Below the pieces are notes generated by a model. That model made no database searches. It worked only from the letters and a program-made list of their open reading frames with translations, and had not been told where the DNA came from. Positions 1 to 10,283 of a stretch of 64,000 nt of DNA are shown piece by piece (positions within the stretch are counted from its first letter, which is position 1; the number at the start of each line of letters is the position of its first letter). The stretch is from a virus (taxonomy: Duplodnaviria > Caudoviricetes): positions 128,001-192,000 of IMG/VR virus record IMGVR_UViG_3300028886_000037, one strand, 5' to 3'. A program made the position numbers and the translations under genes.

Positions 1-252
1 GGCCTGTAAGCTCCTTTTCCAATGAAAGGTGGGCTATCTTTCTCTGCGAGGTCGATCATCATAGCTAGAAAATCAGTCATACATTTTCTCCTTTGTAGTG
101 CGGAATTGACATATCGTAGTGCATCATGTTCTCCCATGCCGATCCGTAGCGTGGCAGATATTCCTGACGGTAACGTGCGACGATCATCTCATGCACTCTC
201 TGTTGCATTTCGATGTCTCTCAGGTTGTACTCGATGAATGCCTTCCAGTCTG

Positions 253-543
253 TCATCGGTTAGCTCCCTTGATCACTACATATACTGTCGGATAGCGGAT
301 CTCTGGCGCACAAGGACGGGTAGCGCCCTTGCCGATGATCACGTTTGCTTTACGGAAGCACTTCTGGAGATTCTCTTGAAGATTAGAGATCTCATCAGAC
401 TTGGTCTGTGGAGTGAGAACAGCGCAGATGGCTCGTTTGCCGTCAAGAATTCCAGCAGTGACTCGTTCGAACGAGACGCCAGTCGTGTTCAATACGCCGA
501 CAGTTCTCTGGATGACCTTTCGTTCGTAGTAAGTGAGTGCCAT
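253..543 (-). CDS. hypothetical protein
   Basis: 96-aa ORF with GGAGG-like RBS, same strand as neighbours. Confidence 0.6.
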   Translation of the reverse strand: MALTYYERKVIQRTVGVLNTTGVSFERVTAGILDGKRAICAVLTPQTKSDEISNLQENLQKCFRKANVIIGKGATRPCAPEIRYPTVYVVIKGANR

Positions 544-601
544 TTCAAATTCCTCCGAGAATTAAGCGAGAACCTTCTTGATCATCGGAATGATCTGACC
601 G

Positions 602-1603
602 TTAAATTTTTTCAGTATTGATATATCTTATAATGTCATCAAGTCGATTCCAATCTGATATTCCACTTATTTTTGAAATGCATTTAAAGTTATCAAGCTT
701 AAGAAAGTGATTATTTCTCAGCTCTTCGTAGAACCCATTGACTAAAATTGCATTCCATACTTTTTCCACATCCATCTTAAACTTCTTATTCTTTACTTTT
801 ATCAAATTAAGAAAGCGAATTATGAGTATGGTTAAATATAAAGCCAATACGAAAATCATAAAACCATTTATAAATTTATAATCGTCTAATTTTCGATCTA
901 TATATTCTTTACTGTATTTGTCATAAGTTATTATGCGATCCTCTGTTGATACGAGATTGTTTTTGAAGAAAATAGAATCTTTCATTTCCGTAATTTTTGA
1001 ATGAGCTCTTTCTGCTGCTATTTTAACTGTTGTAGCCTTAATATATTCTGATTCAGAAACACTACCTTTTAATTTCACACCATCAGTCCATATAGTATCA
1101 CTCCATGCTGGTATATATCTTTCGTCATTGTACTTAACAATTTTAATACATTTTCCTAGGCATGCCTGCTTAATATCCTCATCGTACTCTCTTTTACAAA
1201 CGGAAATGCAATTATAGTCCTTTTTGATGTCGGTTTTAACGTCGGTATACCAAAATCCGGAATGATTTTTTATCCTTTTTATCTTAGCGAATTTTATATT
1301 CTTCTCTACGGAATCAATAATTGAATTAGCAATGCTTAAACCTATTGAGTCTTCGATTTTATCTAAATTTAATACCTTTATGTCTAAAGAGTCCATAACG
1401 GCTTTGTCATTTCTCAAAATTGTGAGATCTTTAGAAATAGAATTATTATAATAAATCAATCCAAAGATCGGCAAAATGAGAAATAGGATAAATCCCATAA
1501 TGGATTCTCCTCTTGCAGTCCAATTATCAAAAATATGGCCATTTTGATAGTCAGATTTTTCTGCGAAGAAAAATTTTATGATATATTTAATAAGTTTTTT
1601 CAT
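602..1603 (-). CDS. two-TM membrane protein, AT-rich
   Basis: hydrophobic segments IMGFILFLILPIFGLIYY and FMIFVLALYLTILII; much more AT-rich than flanks. Confidence 0.7.
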   Translation of the reverse strand: MKKLIKYIIKFFFAEKSDYQNGHIFDNWTARGESIMGFILFLILPIFGLIYYNNSISKDLTILRNDKAVMDSLDIKVLNLDKIEDSIGLSIANSIIDSVEKNIKFAKIKRIKNHSGFWYTDVKTDIKKDYNCISVCKREYDEDIKQACLGKCIKIVKYNDERYIPAWSDTIWTDGVKLKGSVSESEYIKATTVKIAAERAHSKITEMKDSIFFKNNLVSTEDRIITYDKYSKEYIDRKLDDYKFINGFMIFVLALYLTILIIRFLNLIKVKNKKFKMDVEKVWNAILVNGFYEELRNNHFLKLDNFKCISKISGISDWNRLDDIIRYINTEKI

Positions 1604-1648
1604 GTTTGGTCCTTGTTATTGAGTTTTACAAGTAAAATATAGGAAATT

Positions 1649-2359
1649 CTATGAGTTTTCTAAACCCTTAAATCTTGTAAAACCTCGATTTTTATATAGC
1701 TCGTTTCTCTCACTCATTCCTACATATTCCCACTGCAGCTTCTCGCCAGTCTTGGGATCGACTCCACAGTACTTCCTTTTGCCTTGACAGACGGAAGTTA
1801 TGTGAAATGCTTTGATATTGAAATATCTCTTCGCCTCACGAATTGAATCGAACACCTGTCCGGTCGTTATGCATCTGACTTTGCTCCAGATCTTCTCTTT
1901 CACCATCTTCTGCATCTTATCTCTGAAGACTTTGTTATTCCAGTTCTCTTTAGCAACTTCACTAGACCTTGCACGGCGATCTGGACGCTTATTGAACTCA
2001 ACAAAGTCCATTCCCCAATGATTTGCTTTAAGCTCTGCGGCAAATAGCTTCTTAGCATTCTCATACTCGTGAGCGCTGACTATCTTCTGGTATGGACTGT
2101 CTGCTTTCTTAGATCGGATTGACATCTGCCAGATCGCTGCATACATAGCTCTCGAAGGCCAAATCTTGCACAGCAGCTTGTGAGCGATGTAGTGCTCACG
2201 AGCAGTCAACAAGACAAGATTGTGCTTGTTTCTCTCATATTGAGGAAATAGTGATTTTGGGAATATGTGATGTTCTTCGAAGTACTCTTCTGAAGACTTT
2301 ATACGGTGCTTCGCTCTCGCAGAAAACACCAGACTGGTGTATATTGCTCTATAGTTCAT
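1649..2359 (-). CDS. free-standing HNH homing endonuclease with C-terminal NUMOD1-like domain
   Basis: EEHHIFPKS..NLVLLTAREHYIAHKLL; VRCITTGQVFDSIREA; TATAAATA upstream. Confidence 0.9.
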   Translation of the reverse strand: MNYRAIYTSLVFSARAKHRIKSSEEYFEEHHIFPKSLFPQYERNKHNLVLLTAREHYIAHKLLCKIWPSRAMYAAIWQMSIRSKKADSPYQKIVSAHEYENAKKLFAAELKANHWGMDFVEFNKRPDRRARSSEVAKENWNNKVFRDKMQKMVKEKIWSKVRCITTGQVFDSIREAKRYFNIKAFHITSVCQGKRKYCGVDPKTGEKLQWEYVGMSERNELYKNRGFTRFKGLENS

Positions 2360-2371
2360 TTTTTACCTTTT

Positions 2372-2464
2372 AGGCCACCTTCAATGGCCGTATAGGTTAT
2401 TTATACACAAAAGGTAAGGGAGAGATAGAGCATCTCTCCCAAATGGTTGAAGGCCATCTGTCCC
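2372..2464 (-). promoter_or_regulatory. structured endonuclease leader copy 1 (kissing loops, embedded late promoter)
   Basis: GGGACA-hairpin(loop CCTTCAA)-hairpin-CTTAC-TATAAATA-hairpin(loop TTGAAGG). Confidence 0.7.
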
Positions 2465-2472
2465 GTTTTTAT

Positions 2473-3570
2473 TTATAAGACCTTGTCGATCATTGGGATC
2501 ACCATCCCATGTTTGCTTATGACAGCCATCTTACCGATCTCGATGCCAAGATCCTTCATCTTAGCCATGTTGGAGAGCGAGACACGAGAGACGGTAGTGC
2601 CTTCGAGCTGGACCGGATTGATGATAGCGACTGGAGAGAGGGTAGAGCCAGCCATTTCCCAAGAGATGTCGATGATTTCAGAGACGGCAGTTTCGAGTTC
2701 CGGCTTGAGAGCCACGTCGCGCTTAGGAGTCTTGAGCTGGCGGTCTTCGCGGTCGATATCGTCTGCCTTGATGACGACGCCGTCGCAGTTGAACTTGATT
2801 TCTCCGTTAGCGATGCGTTCACGAAGATGTTCACGAATGTAGTCTGCAGAAGAGATGAGTTCCTTTGCTTCGACGGTGCAGTGCGGAGTGATCTCGAAGA
2901 AGCAGCTGTTAGAGAGCCAGTCCATGAGTTCGGTCTGAGTCTCGAATTCCTTTCCCATCACGTCGTAGCAGATCGCGTGGACGTATTGCAGATCGTTCTT
3001 GTCTTCAGTAGAGAGTGTTTCGAACTTGCGGTTGATGATGCCAGCGACAGCGTTGCGCGCGTTAGCGTTCTTGTGAGCGAAGCGAGCCTTGAACTCTTCG
3101 TTATAGATGACCATTTCGGCGCGAATGGAGCCAGTGAAGGACTGATCGATGGACTTCGGAAAGTTCATGAGGTTGAGAGTAGCAGTGCGATCGAGGCCAG
3201 TAGCGCCATCTCCTCGAGTGATAGCCTTGACGAACTTGCCATCGGCGTACTGGAGTTCCATGCTGGAGCCGTCGATCTTTAGTTCGAGGCTGTAGCGCTT
3301 TGCAGTCTTCTTCTTAGCAGCCCAGTCCTTGAGCTCGTCGATGTTTGCGCATTTAGCGAGGGTTCCAGTGGTCATGGTGTGATTGATCTTCTTTTCGTCG
3401 CAGTTGGAGTCGGCAGCAGCCATGCCGTTTGCGCAGAGAGGATCTGTCGGATCGATCTCTTTCAGACGGTTGATCAGAGCGTCATATTCAGAGTCGGTCA
3501 TGATTTCCTGACCGTTATAGTAAGCTTCGGCAGCCTTGAGGAGGAGTTCGCGGATCTGGTTCTTGTCCAT
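2473..3570 (-). CDS. ligA: NAD-dependent DNA ligase, N-terminal part (Ia, adenylation, OB domains)
   Basis: AYYNG..MTDSEYD, ELKIDG (KxDG), TRGDG, NARNAVAG, DGVVIK, VIP; stops after the OB fold. Confidence 0.93.
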   Translation of the reverse strand: MDKNQIRELLLKAAEAYYNGQEIMTDSEYDALINRLKEIDPTDPLCANGMAAADSNCDEKKINHTMTTGTLAKCANIDELKDWAAKKKTAKRYSLELKIDGSSMELQYADGKFVKAITRGDGATGLDRTATLNLMNFPKSIDQSFTGSIRAEMVIYNEEFKARFAHKNANARNAVAGIINRKFETLSTEDKNDLQYVHAICYDVMGKEFETQTELMDWLSNSCFFEITPHCTVEAKELISSADYIREHLRERIANGEIKFNCDGVVIKADDIDREDRQLKTPKRDVALKPELETAVSEIIDISWEMAGSTLSPVAIINPVQLEGTTVSRVSLSNMAKMKDLGIEIGKMAVISKHGMVIPMIDKVL

Positions 3571-3603
3571 GAGTTAGGTCCTTTTGTTGAGTTTTACATC
3601 TAT

Positions 3604-3635
3604 AATATATGTATTTTTAAGAGAAATCTAAACCC
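3604..3635 (-). promoter_or_regulatory. early sigma70-like promoter (representative of a repeated family)
   Basis: GGGTTTAGA-N17-TATATT; similar copies near 6498, 7757, 11180, 13148, 13905, 20824, 24100, 25960, 27501, 32322, 37153, 39225, 40275, 42802, 45237. Confidence 0.8.
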
Positions 3636-3651
3636 TCAAATTGAGATATCT

Positions 3652-4071
3652 TCATTCTCGTGATGCGCAGAGTCTTGTCGTGAGTAGGCTCGTTCCATAG
3701 CTTCTTTCCCATGTAGTGATGAACATCTCGAGCGCATCTTGCTCGTAATTTCCATTGCCGTCTGACTTTACGCCCACTGGGCTGTTCTGCTCAGTGAAGA
3801 AGCCTTTGACTGCTTGTCGGATCATATCTTCGTTCCAGAACAGACGACAGCACCCGAGGATGAAGTTGACTCGCTGATAGTATGGCTGTCCCGCCATCTC
3901 GAAGTTCTCAGCGTCGTCGATCTGGTTCTGCAGCTCGAATCCGCTGTTGTCTTCCAAGATCAAGTCTGCGATGTCGAACATAACTGGATCGATCTTATTC
4001 CAGTCGATGTCGCAACGGTCTAGAACGGCCTCATCGGTAGGAGTCACTAAAACGTCTAGGATCGATACCAT
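3652..4071 (-). CDS. hypothetical protein
   Basis: ORF abutting the upstream gene. Confidence 0.6.
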   Translation of the reverse strand: MVSILDVLVTPTDEAVLDRCDIDWNKIDPVMFDIADLILEDNSGFELQNQIDDAENFEMAGQPYYQRVNFILGCCRLFWNEDMIRQAVKGFFTEQNSPVGVKSDGNGNYEQDALEMFITTWERSYGTSLLTTRLCASRE

Positions 4072-4275
4072 TTAGCTCTCTACTAGGCAGTGCAATCCAC
4101 AGTGACATAGGCCAGGCTCTTTAGCCTTGATCTGGTCTCTGAATTGCTTACACATGCACTTGGTGTCTTTCGTCTTCATCAGGGCGCACGGACAGTAGCC
4201 GTCGTTGTCCTTGATCTTCTGCTCGAACGCTTTGACTTGCTCTTCGGTCCATTCGGGATTCTTGATAACTTTCAT
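4072..4275 (-). CDS. ferredoxin-thioredoxin reductase catalytic (beta) domain-like protein
   Basis: GYCPC..CMC..CHCGL cysteine pattern. Confidence 0.8.
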   Translation of the reverse strand: MKVIKNPEWTEEQVKAFEQKIKDNDGYCPCALMKTKDTKCMCKQFRDQIKAKEPGLCHCGLHCLVES

Positions 4276-4304
4276 AATTTCCTCTTTTGAGAGTATTTAT
4301 CGGC

Positions 4305-4859
4305 TTATTCCCAAAATATAGTCACAATTCCGTCGTTCGTCATTATTCTTGTAGTCATCTTCGTCATCCAGCGACCATTGCCGTAGCATACATCTGCGAT
4401 AGGGTACTCGTTCTTCAGCTCATATCCCTTGAACTCGACTGGATATTCCTGTTGAGTCTTCGGCATGTTGATGCGTCTGATGCGGTAAGAGCGCAACAGC
4501 TTGAGCTCTTCTGTGGTGAGATTGTAGAGATTCTCTATCCACCGTAACGCCGAGATCAGCGCGTCAACAGTGCCGATGTGATTCTCTATCACTTTCAGCA
4601 CCTCTTCGCTAGCTTGCTCTGACAATCCAGTAGCTACCTTGACGTGCTTTACTCTCCATCCTGGCTCTTCTGTGTACTTCATGATCGCAGCAGCGTAGAG
4701 CATAGCAGTCACGTCTCTGACGTCTCGACTCGGCAAGAACAGTCTGCGCTTCAACAGCAGCTCACCTAGGATCTGAGTCACCAGGTCTCTGTCGCCTATC
4801 GTGTTGATGACGTGAATCTCTAGCGGATCATATACTCCTTCGTCATTTGCCAAAATCAT
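4305..4859 (-). CDS. hypothetical, tandem paralog family (TAxL..; C-terminal W)
   Basis: TAMLYAAAIM; ends VTIFWE. Confidence 0.65.
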   Translation of the reverse strand: MILANDEGVYDPLEIHVINTIGDRDLVTQILGELLLKRRLFLPSRDVRDVTAMLYAAAIMKYTEEPGWRVKHVKVATGLSEQASEEVLKVIENHIGTVDALISALRWIENLYNLTTEELKLLRSYRIRRINMPKTQQEYPVEFKGYELKNEYPIADVCYGNGRWMTKMTTRIMTNDGIVTIFWE

Positions 4860-5511
4860 AGTTCTTCCATCTTATGTGTATGATCGCGTGAGGACCAGTT
4901 CCATACATAGTCTGTGCCCTGCAGCCATTGTCGTACCACTGTTCTCCGTTGTGGTTATAGTTAAGACACTTGATCTCGTAAGACTTGTAGAGCTTCTTTT
5001 CGAGGAAGTTGAGATCCCAGTGCTCGAAGTTTCCGAACTCTCTGACGGCAGATCGAAAGAAGTTCAACGGATAGTAGAGCTCACGATAAGTCCGTAGGAT
5101 GTTGTCTATGTCGGCGTCCGAGAATTGCTTTAAACGATCCGCTGCTGACTCGATGTGACCAGTCCATGCGAAGTCACGCACTGACCGTTCTGACAGCTCT
5201 AGAATGTATGCTAGAATCTCTCTAGTGTAGTGTCTGCGCTCGTATGAATCAAGCGTGTTCTCCATGAATGCGAAAGCCGTCAGGATGGCAGTTCTTCTCT
5301 GCAAGATCTGTTTCTCTGTTCTCGTGCGCTCGTACCATCCCTGGTCGTTGAACAGCTTGTCGAGATCTCGCTTGAGTAGAATGCTGCACATCAGAAACAA
5401 CCCATCAACTCCGATAGATTGATGGAGGTCGCACTGCAGCTCAGGAAATTCTCTAAATACGTGTTCTACCATACGACACTGATTCCTCTTCCGTAATAAG
5501 GAACGAAGCAC
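4843..5511 (-). CDS. hypothetical, tandem paralog family
   Basis: RRTAILTAFAFM; IHIRW; start may be the internal ATG. Confidence 0.65.
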   Translation of the reverse strand: MLRSLLRKRNQCRMVEHVFREFPELQCDLHQSIGVDGLFLMCSILLKRDLDKLFNDQGWYERTRTEKQILQRRTAILTAFAFMENTLDSYERRHYTREILAYILELSERSVRDFAWTGHIESAADRLKQFSDADIDNILRTYRELYYPLNFFRSAVREFGNFEHWDLNFLEKKLYKSYEIKCLNYNHNGEQWYDNGCRAQTMYGTGPHAIIHIRWKNYDFGK

Positions 5512-5978
5512 TTGTTGACGTTGTGAGTTCTGACTGCGGAACGCATCATAGTTACTCTGATTGACTTCTGGCCCTCTACTGACTGGACAGCGAGGTTCTT
5601 CCAGTCGACATTAGCGTTGAGATACTCATTTGCTCGCTTGACATGTTCTCTCGCTTCTGGAGTAGAGATGATCGCGTCAAGAAAGAGATTCATGCGCTCT
5701 CTGTCGGAGAAGTAGCCTCGGCAAGCGGAACCGAGCAGCCTCTCGATCAGCCAACGCTTGTCGAAGATCTGCTCACGCACAAGGGCGATTCCGATTAGCG
5801 TAGCCGTCCGGAACTTGCGTATCGAGATCTGATCAGTTTTTTCGAAAGTGTCTAAGTCTCTTTCGAAGCCGTCAAGATCCAATACGACAGTCTTTAGAAA
5901 ATAGCGGTAGAATCCAGCTAGATTCTCCCGCCATAGTCTTACTTCAAATTTTCGTTCTGGCAGTTCCATTAGTTCCAT
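5466..5978 (-). CDS. hypothetical, tandem paralog family
   Basis: RTATLIGIALV; ISVVW; start moved to MELMEL. Confidence 0.6.
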   Translation of the reverse strand: MELMELPERKFEVRLWRENLAGFYRYFLKTVVLDLDGFERDLDTFEKTDQISIRKFRTATLIGIALVREQIFDKRWLIERLLGSACRGYFSDRERMNLFLDAIISTPEAREHVKRANEYLNANVDWKNLAVQSVEGQKSIRVTMMRSAVRTHNVNKCFVPYYGRGISVVW

Positions 5979-5991
5979 TAGGCTATCTTCG

Positions 5992-6453
5992 TTAGTCCCA
6001 GATGATCTTGAACGGAACTTCAGTCTTCGGCTTGTGTTCGATGAAGCCGAGACGGACTTCATACTTACGAGCGGTCTTCATCTGGTCTTCGCCGACAGCA
6101 GTGTTAGTGAGCTTCTGAACCACTTCGCGCATGATCTTCTGGCCCTTAGCGTCCATCTTCATGTACGCGATGAAGTCCTTGACAGACTCTTCGTTCACTT
6201 CGTCGATGCGAGAAGTGTCGCAGAGATGTTCGATAGCGTGTCCCACAGCGTCAACGCCGATTTCCTGATCGATCAGGCAGAGTGCAGCGAGCAGAGCAGT
6301 GCGACGACGGCGCTTCTTTGCGGAAGTTGCGCGATCGTAGCCGTTCAGGCACTGAGCGAGCTTCTTGAGATTCGGGTTGAGGAGGAGGGAGGTTGCGCGT
6401 TCTGCATCATGGTCATCGATGTAGTCGTAGAGTTCGAGTGTGTTCTTTGCCAT
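5992..6453 (-). CDS. hypothetical, tandem paralog family
   Basis: RRTALLAALCLI; KIIWD; follows early promoter and AAGGA RBS. Confidence 0.7.
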   Translation of the reverse strand: MAKNTLELYDYIDDHDAERATSLLLNPNLKKLAQCLNGYDRATSAKKRRRRTALLAALCLIDQEIGVDAVGHAIEHLCDTSRIDEVNEESVKDFIAYMKMDAKGQKIMREVVQKLTNTAVGEDQMKTARKYEVRLGFIEHKPKTEVPFKIIWD

Positions 6454-6545
6454 TTTTGAGTCCTTTGTTGGCAGGTTGAACGAAAGTTTGTATTGTCAAT
6501 ATAGGTATTTCAAGAGAATTCGTAAACCCTATTTTAGAAAAATCT

Positions 6546-7203
6546 CTAAAAATTCCACCTCTTTGCTTGCTCTTTGTCCATTTCGATCAATGTCTTAGCG
6601 AGACGAACGTGGTCCTGCTTCAAGTTCTGTATCAGTTCCATCGTAGCCTCTCCAGTGATCTCGAGGTCCAGTTCGACGATCGCGTCTGTTAGAGTAGATT
6701 TGAAGTACTTGAACGATGGCGCCTCACGCTTGTAGCTGTTGTACATAGATAGCGGACCATAGGAGGTCTTGCGGTCGATCTCTTTCAGGCACCGGTCCAG
6801 CAGCTCTTCGTCGCCGAGTCCAGACGGCGTAGAAGTCTTGAACAAGAGCGACCAGAGCATGTCCACGTTGTTCATAGCACGCTTACGGATTCCGGGATTC
6901 TCGTTGTCGTCGTCGAACATGTAGATCGAATCTAGGTAGGACTGCGTAGAGCCCAGAATGTCGCTATAGAGGATGAACTTGATCTCCTTTGCGACTTTCC
7001 ATTCCTCTGGTGGCATATTGATGTAGTCAGCCTTTACGCGCAAAAGAAGCGATGTCTCTTTCTTCTCCGCTTCGAGCTCGAGAGAAGTTCCGTCACCATA
7101 CTCGACGTCAAGGAACGGGAACGTAGTCTCTAGCGAACGCTTGTATCGTGCCCGTCTCACATCAAGCATTCTCTTGAACTTGTCGATCGATACGCTGAAC
7201 ATT
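6546..7203 (-). CDS. hypothetical protein
   Basis: ORF; probable start MFSVSI coupled to upstream stop. Confidence 0.6.
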
Positions 7204-7756
7204 ATCGTCTCTCCAGTGACTTCTGAACTCTGTCTGCGATCTTGACTACGGCTTCTGGACTGAACTCGAGGATTCCGAACGGCGAGTTCTGCGGTGGAAT
7301 TCCTAGGCCAGCTCCCCACTTGAGAATCTCTGATACCGTCGAGTCGTCTAGTTTAACTACTGGATTGTAGTGTTTCTGGTGCCAGTACGTATCAGGTGAT
7401 ATGTGCATAGGATAGAGCTCGTTCAGATCTCTGGGATGTGTTCTACGGATCTCTTCGAAAAAGCTCTTAGCGCCAGTGCTCCACGGCTCTTTGATCCATC
7501 TGATGCGATACATCACGGACAGTCTTGACGACTTGACTTTGATTACAGATTGAAGGCTACGTGTCAGTCGGTATGTCTCTACGCTGTCTGGAAGAGTGAA
7601 GTCTGCCTTGAATGTGCCGTCATCGTCTTCAACCCGGAATTTCATTCTCGGATCGATCTGATTCAATTCGTGCACAATACGCGAGTACAGAAGCTTTACC
7701 GTTCTGCTTCCTTTCTCTTCATCAATTGTCATGTCGAAGTTGGTCATACATGTCAA
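7202..7756 (-). CDS. hypothetical protein
   Basis: ORF downstream of an early promoter. Confidence 0.6.
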   Translation of the reverse strand: MTCMTNFDMTIDEEKGSRTVKLLYSRIVHELNQIDPRMKFRVEDDDGTFKADFTLPDSVETYRLTRSLQSVIKVKSSRLSVMYRIRWIKEPWSTGAKSFFEEIRRTHPRDLNELYPMHISPDTYWHQKHYNPVVKLDDSTVSEILKWGAGLGIPPQNSPFGILEFSPEAVVKIADRVQKSLERR

Positions 7757-7858
7757 ATATAAGCAAAATGGCTCAGTTTGTAAACCCTATACAAACAGGA
7801 GACGGACAAAATCCGTCTCCAGGAACTCTTCCTACGCTAGCAGGTGAGCTATTTAGTC

Positions 7859-8524
7859 TTAGATGTGCCTAAGACAGTTACTGTCGAGATCGGCTACGAT
7901 TCGTTCATAGCTGACACCGCGATCGAGCTTACTTTGGATCATCTCGCGATTATTGTCGATCAGACAGTCGACTTCGTCCCAGTCGAATCCGCCTTCGTCG
8001 TGCAGATAGTTCTCGAACTCGTCAATTGGATCCATCAGCGGACCTACTGCTTCTCGAATGAGAGCAAATCCCTCGTTCTTGAGGAGCTTCTTAGCAGCTC
8101 TCAGCTTCTTGAGATTCTCTTCAGTGTCCTTGTCGTCTTTCTCTTTCGACGGAACTGCTTTAGCCTTCGGATTGTACAGAGGCTTAGGCAGACAGCCCTT
8201 GCCAGGACCGCCGTGAGGAATTCCCTGATTGAGTCCAGTAGGACCGCTTACGCCCATCGAGAAGTCCTCTTCGACCACGTTGCTTAGTTCACGAACGAAG
8301 TCGATGATGCAGTCAAGCTCTTCTCTAGAGGCGTCAGTAGCTACAGCTACGTACTTGCCTGCGCAGACAGTTCCGTTGACGTAGCCGTCAAGGTCGGAAA
8401 GTTCTCCCTTTCCCCAAATTGCCTTCGATAGCTCATTGCTGACGCGTGAAGCCGTTGTCGAGTTTCCGAACTCGAACAAGAGGCTCATGTACTTTTCATC
8501 GACTACGATATTTTCCCATTCCAT
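7859..8524 (-). CDS. hypothetical late protein, candidate internal head protein
   Basis: AAKKLLKNEG..LIREA motif; TATAAATA at 8844-8851. Confidence 0.55.
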   Translation of the reverse strand: MEWENIVVDEKYMSLLFEFGNSTTASRVSNELSKAIWGKGELSDLDGYVNGTVCAGKYVAVATDASREELDCIIDFVRELSNVVEEDFSMGVSGPTGLNQGIPHGGPGKGCLPKPLYNPKAKAVPSKEKDDKDTEENLKKLRAAKKLLKNEGFALIREAVGPLMDPIDEFENYLHDEGGFDWDEVDCLIDNNREMIQSKLDRGVSYERIVADLDSNCLRHI

Positions 8525-8527
8525 ATT

Positions 8528-8839
8528 TTACTCCTTGATGAGTTTCATACCCACAGAATTTAGAATTTTCTCTGCTTCTTGTAAACCCCTGTTTCTGAAG
8601 CACCAAGACTTTAGCCAGTCTGTGCAAGCGTCGAGCGCCTGCAGATTGTTGTCGAAAGCGAAAGTGAACGCGTTGCCGATACACCAGCATCCCATGAAGA
8701 ACTCACGATACTTGGACAGCTCGCCATTAAGGGCTTTAGAGAATTCGACTCTAACCTTGATGGCAGACTTTTGGCTGTTCATCTTGAATAGTGCGGAACA
8801 CTCGTCATCATCTACATCAATGTCTAAAAGTCTAATCAT
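8528..8839 (-). CDS. hypothetical protein
   Basis: ORF directly after a late promoter. Confidence 0.6.
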   Translation of the reverse strand: MIRLLDIDVDDDECSALFKMNSQKSAIKVRVEFSKALNGELSKYREFFMGCWCIGNAFTFAFDNNLQALDACTDWLKSWCFRNRGLQEAEKILNSVGMKLIKE

Positions 8840-8854
8840 ACATTATTTATATGA

Positions 8855-9430
8855 CTACCACTTTCTCCATTCATCGTAATTTTTGAAGGGATCTTTGTCG
8901 CTTATAGAGTATTGGCCAGGATAGTACCCGCCAGAAGAGAATGTACCAGGTTTGCTCAGATAGCTCTCAGCCTCTTCGACTTCCTTGGATTCCTCTTCTG
9001 GCTGATTTTCCTTGAGCTCGTGCATTTCCTTGGCGACCTGCATCTCGATCACTCTCTTAGCCTTCTCGATCTCATCGTCAGACTTTAATTCGGCCTTAGA
9101 GAAGAGATCGATCATGTCGTTCGCATTGTCGCTTACGACGCGCCAGATGTCAGAGAAAGCTGAGAGTCCGAGCTTGCTTCTCCAGACACGCAGTTCTTCC
9201 TTGTTTCTCACTGACGGGATCTTGATATAGGGGTCTGGATAGCTTACGACCCAGTTGTCGACAATGAGCTTAGCGATCTCACGGCACTCCATCGTGTCGC
9301 CGTTGATCTTGACTCGATAAGGGCACGTGTCGTCTGGCTTGCCGATCTCTAACTCTACTGCTGGCTCATTCAAGTACATGCGCACTGTGCCGTTGGCGAA
9401 CTGAATTCCTATGCTCTTAACTTTGCTCAT
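8855..9430 (-). CDS. hypothetical protein
   Basis: ORF with ATGA overlap. Confidence 0.6.
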   Translation of the reverse strand: MSKVKSIGIQFANGTVRMYLNEPAVELEIGKPDDTCPYRVKINGDTMECREIAKLIVDNWVVSYPDPYIKIPSVRNKEELRVWRSKLGLSAFSDIWRVVSDNANDMIDLFSKAELKSDDEIEKAKRVIEMQVAKEMHELKENQPEEESKEVEEAESYLSKPGTFSSGGYYPGQYSISDKDPFKNYDEWRKW

Positions 9431-9876
9431 ACTTCTTTACCTTTGAAGCGATCTACTAAGTCCTCTACTGTCTCTGGTGATGTCGATGGACTGATCATCG
9501 TGCACTTCATGACATATTCGTTGATCTTGTTGTACCAGATCGGCTTCAAGTTAGTTATGCGAGTCGAAGTGATGCCCTCATAGCGCAGAGGAAATGCCTG
9601 AGGCAGACGAGAATCTTCCTCGACAAGATATGACAATATCGACTTGATAGTCTCGAAGCCGTGCCTTACGATCCACTGTCCATCTTCCTTGACCTGAAAG
9701 AGGAGATCGTTTGGCTGAATGCCGAGGAGAACGTTCTCGACGAAGCTTCTGTTCTCTCGAACGTTCCAAGACTTAGTGTCCTGATGAAAGAGGATCTCAC
9801 CGTCGCGAACTTTGCGAGTGAGATCGAAGATCCTGACTGGAATCTGGTATATGACGGCTTCCTTTTCGTGGTACAT
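9427..9876 (-). CDS. degenerate DUF262 (GmrS/ParB-like) domain protein
   Basis: FHQ..W..RSFVENVLLGI..DGQWIVRHGFET follows the DUF262 pattern but lacks DGQQR. Confidence 0.6.
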   Translation of the reverse strand: MYHEKEAVIYQIPVRIFDLTRKVRDGEILFHQDTKSWNVRENRSFVENVLLGIQPNDLLFQVKEDGQWIVRHGFETIKSILSYLVEEDSRLPQAFPLRYEGITSTRITNLKPIWYNKINEYVMKCTMISPSTSPETVEDLVDRFKGKEV

Positions 9877-9880
9877 CTGC

Positions 9881-10273
9881 TTAGCCCTTCTTATTGCGTG
9901 CTAGACGAAGAGTCATAGCCTTTGCGTACTTCTTTAGATCTATCTCTGGAATCGCCTTAAGATCTTTGCTGAGAGGTTCGATGCATTTCGGAGCTAGATT
10001 CTCTACAAGGAACGTCATGGCTGGAACAGATAGTGTTTTGAGATTTAGAAGCTCTTTAGCTTTCTCCGAAATTATTTCGTCTCTTTTTGCCCAGACGAAA
10101 GCCTCATTGAAGCTTTTTGTCTTTCCATCTATCGATATCCGAGCTATATCGACGTATTTGTAAAATGTGCCATTGAGTGTGATACCTTTACTATCGATAG
10201 ATATGCTGGGATCAATGTATATCTGCCAGCATTGAACCCCGGTAAACGTCAATGTGTCCATGTAGATTTGCAT
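9881..10273 (-). CDS. hypothetical protein
   Basis: ORF in operon. Confidence 0.55.
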   Translation of the reverse strand: MQIYMDTLTFTGVQCWQIYIDPSISIDSKGITLNGTFYKYVDIARISIDGKTKSFNEAFVWAKRDEIISEKAKELLNLKTLSVPAMTFLVENLAPKCIEPLSKDLKAIPEIDLKKYAKAMTLRLARNKKG

Positions 10274-10283
10274 CGGCTTAGGC

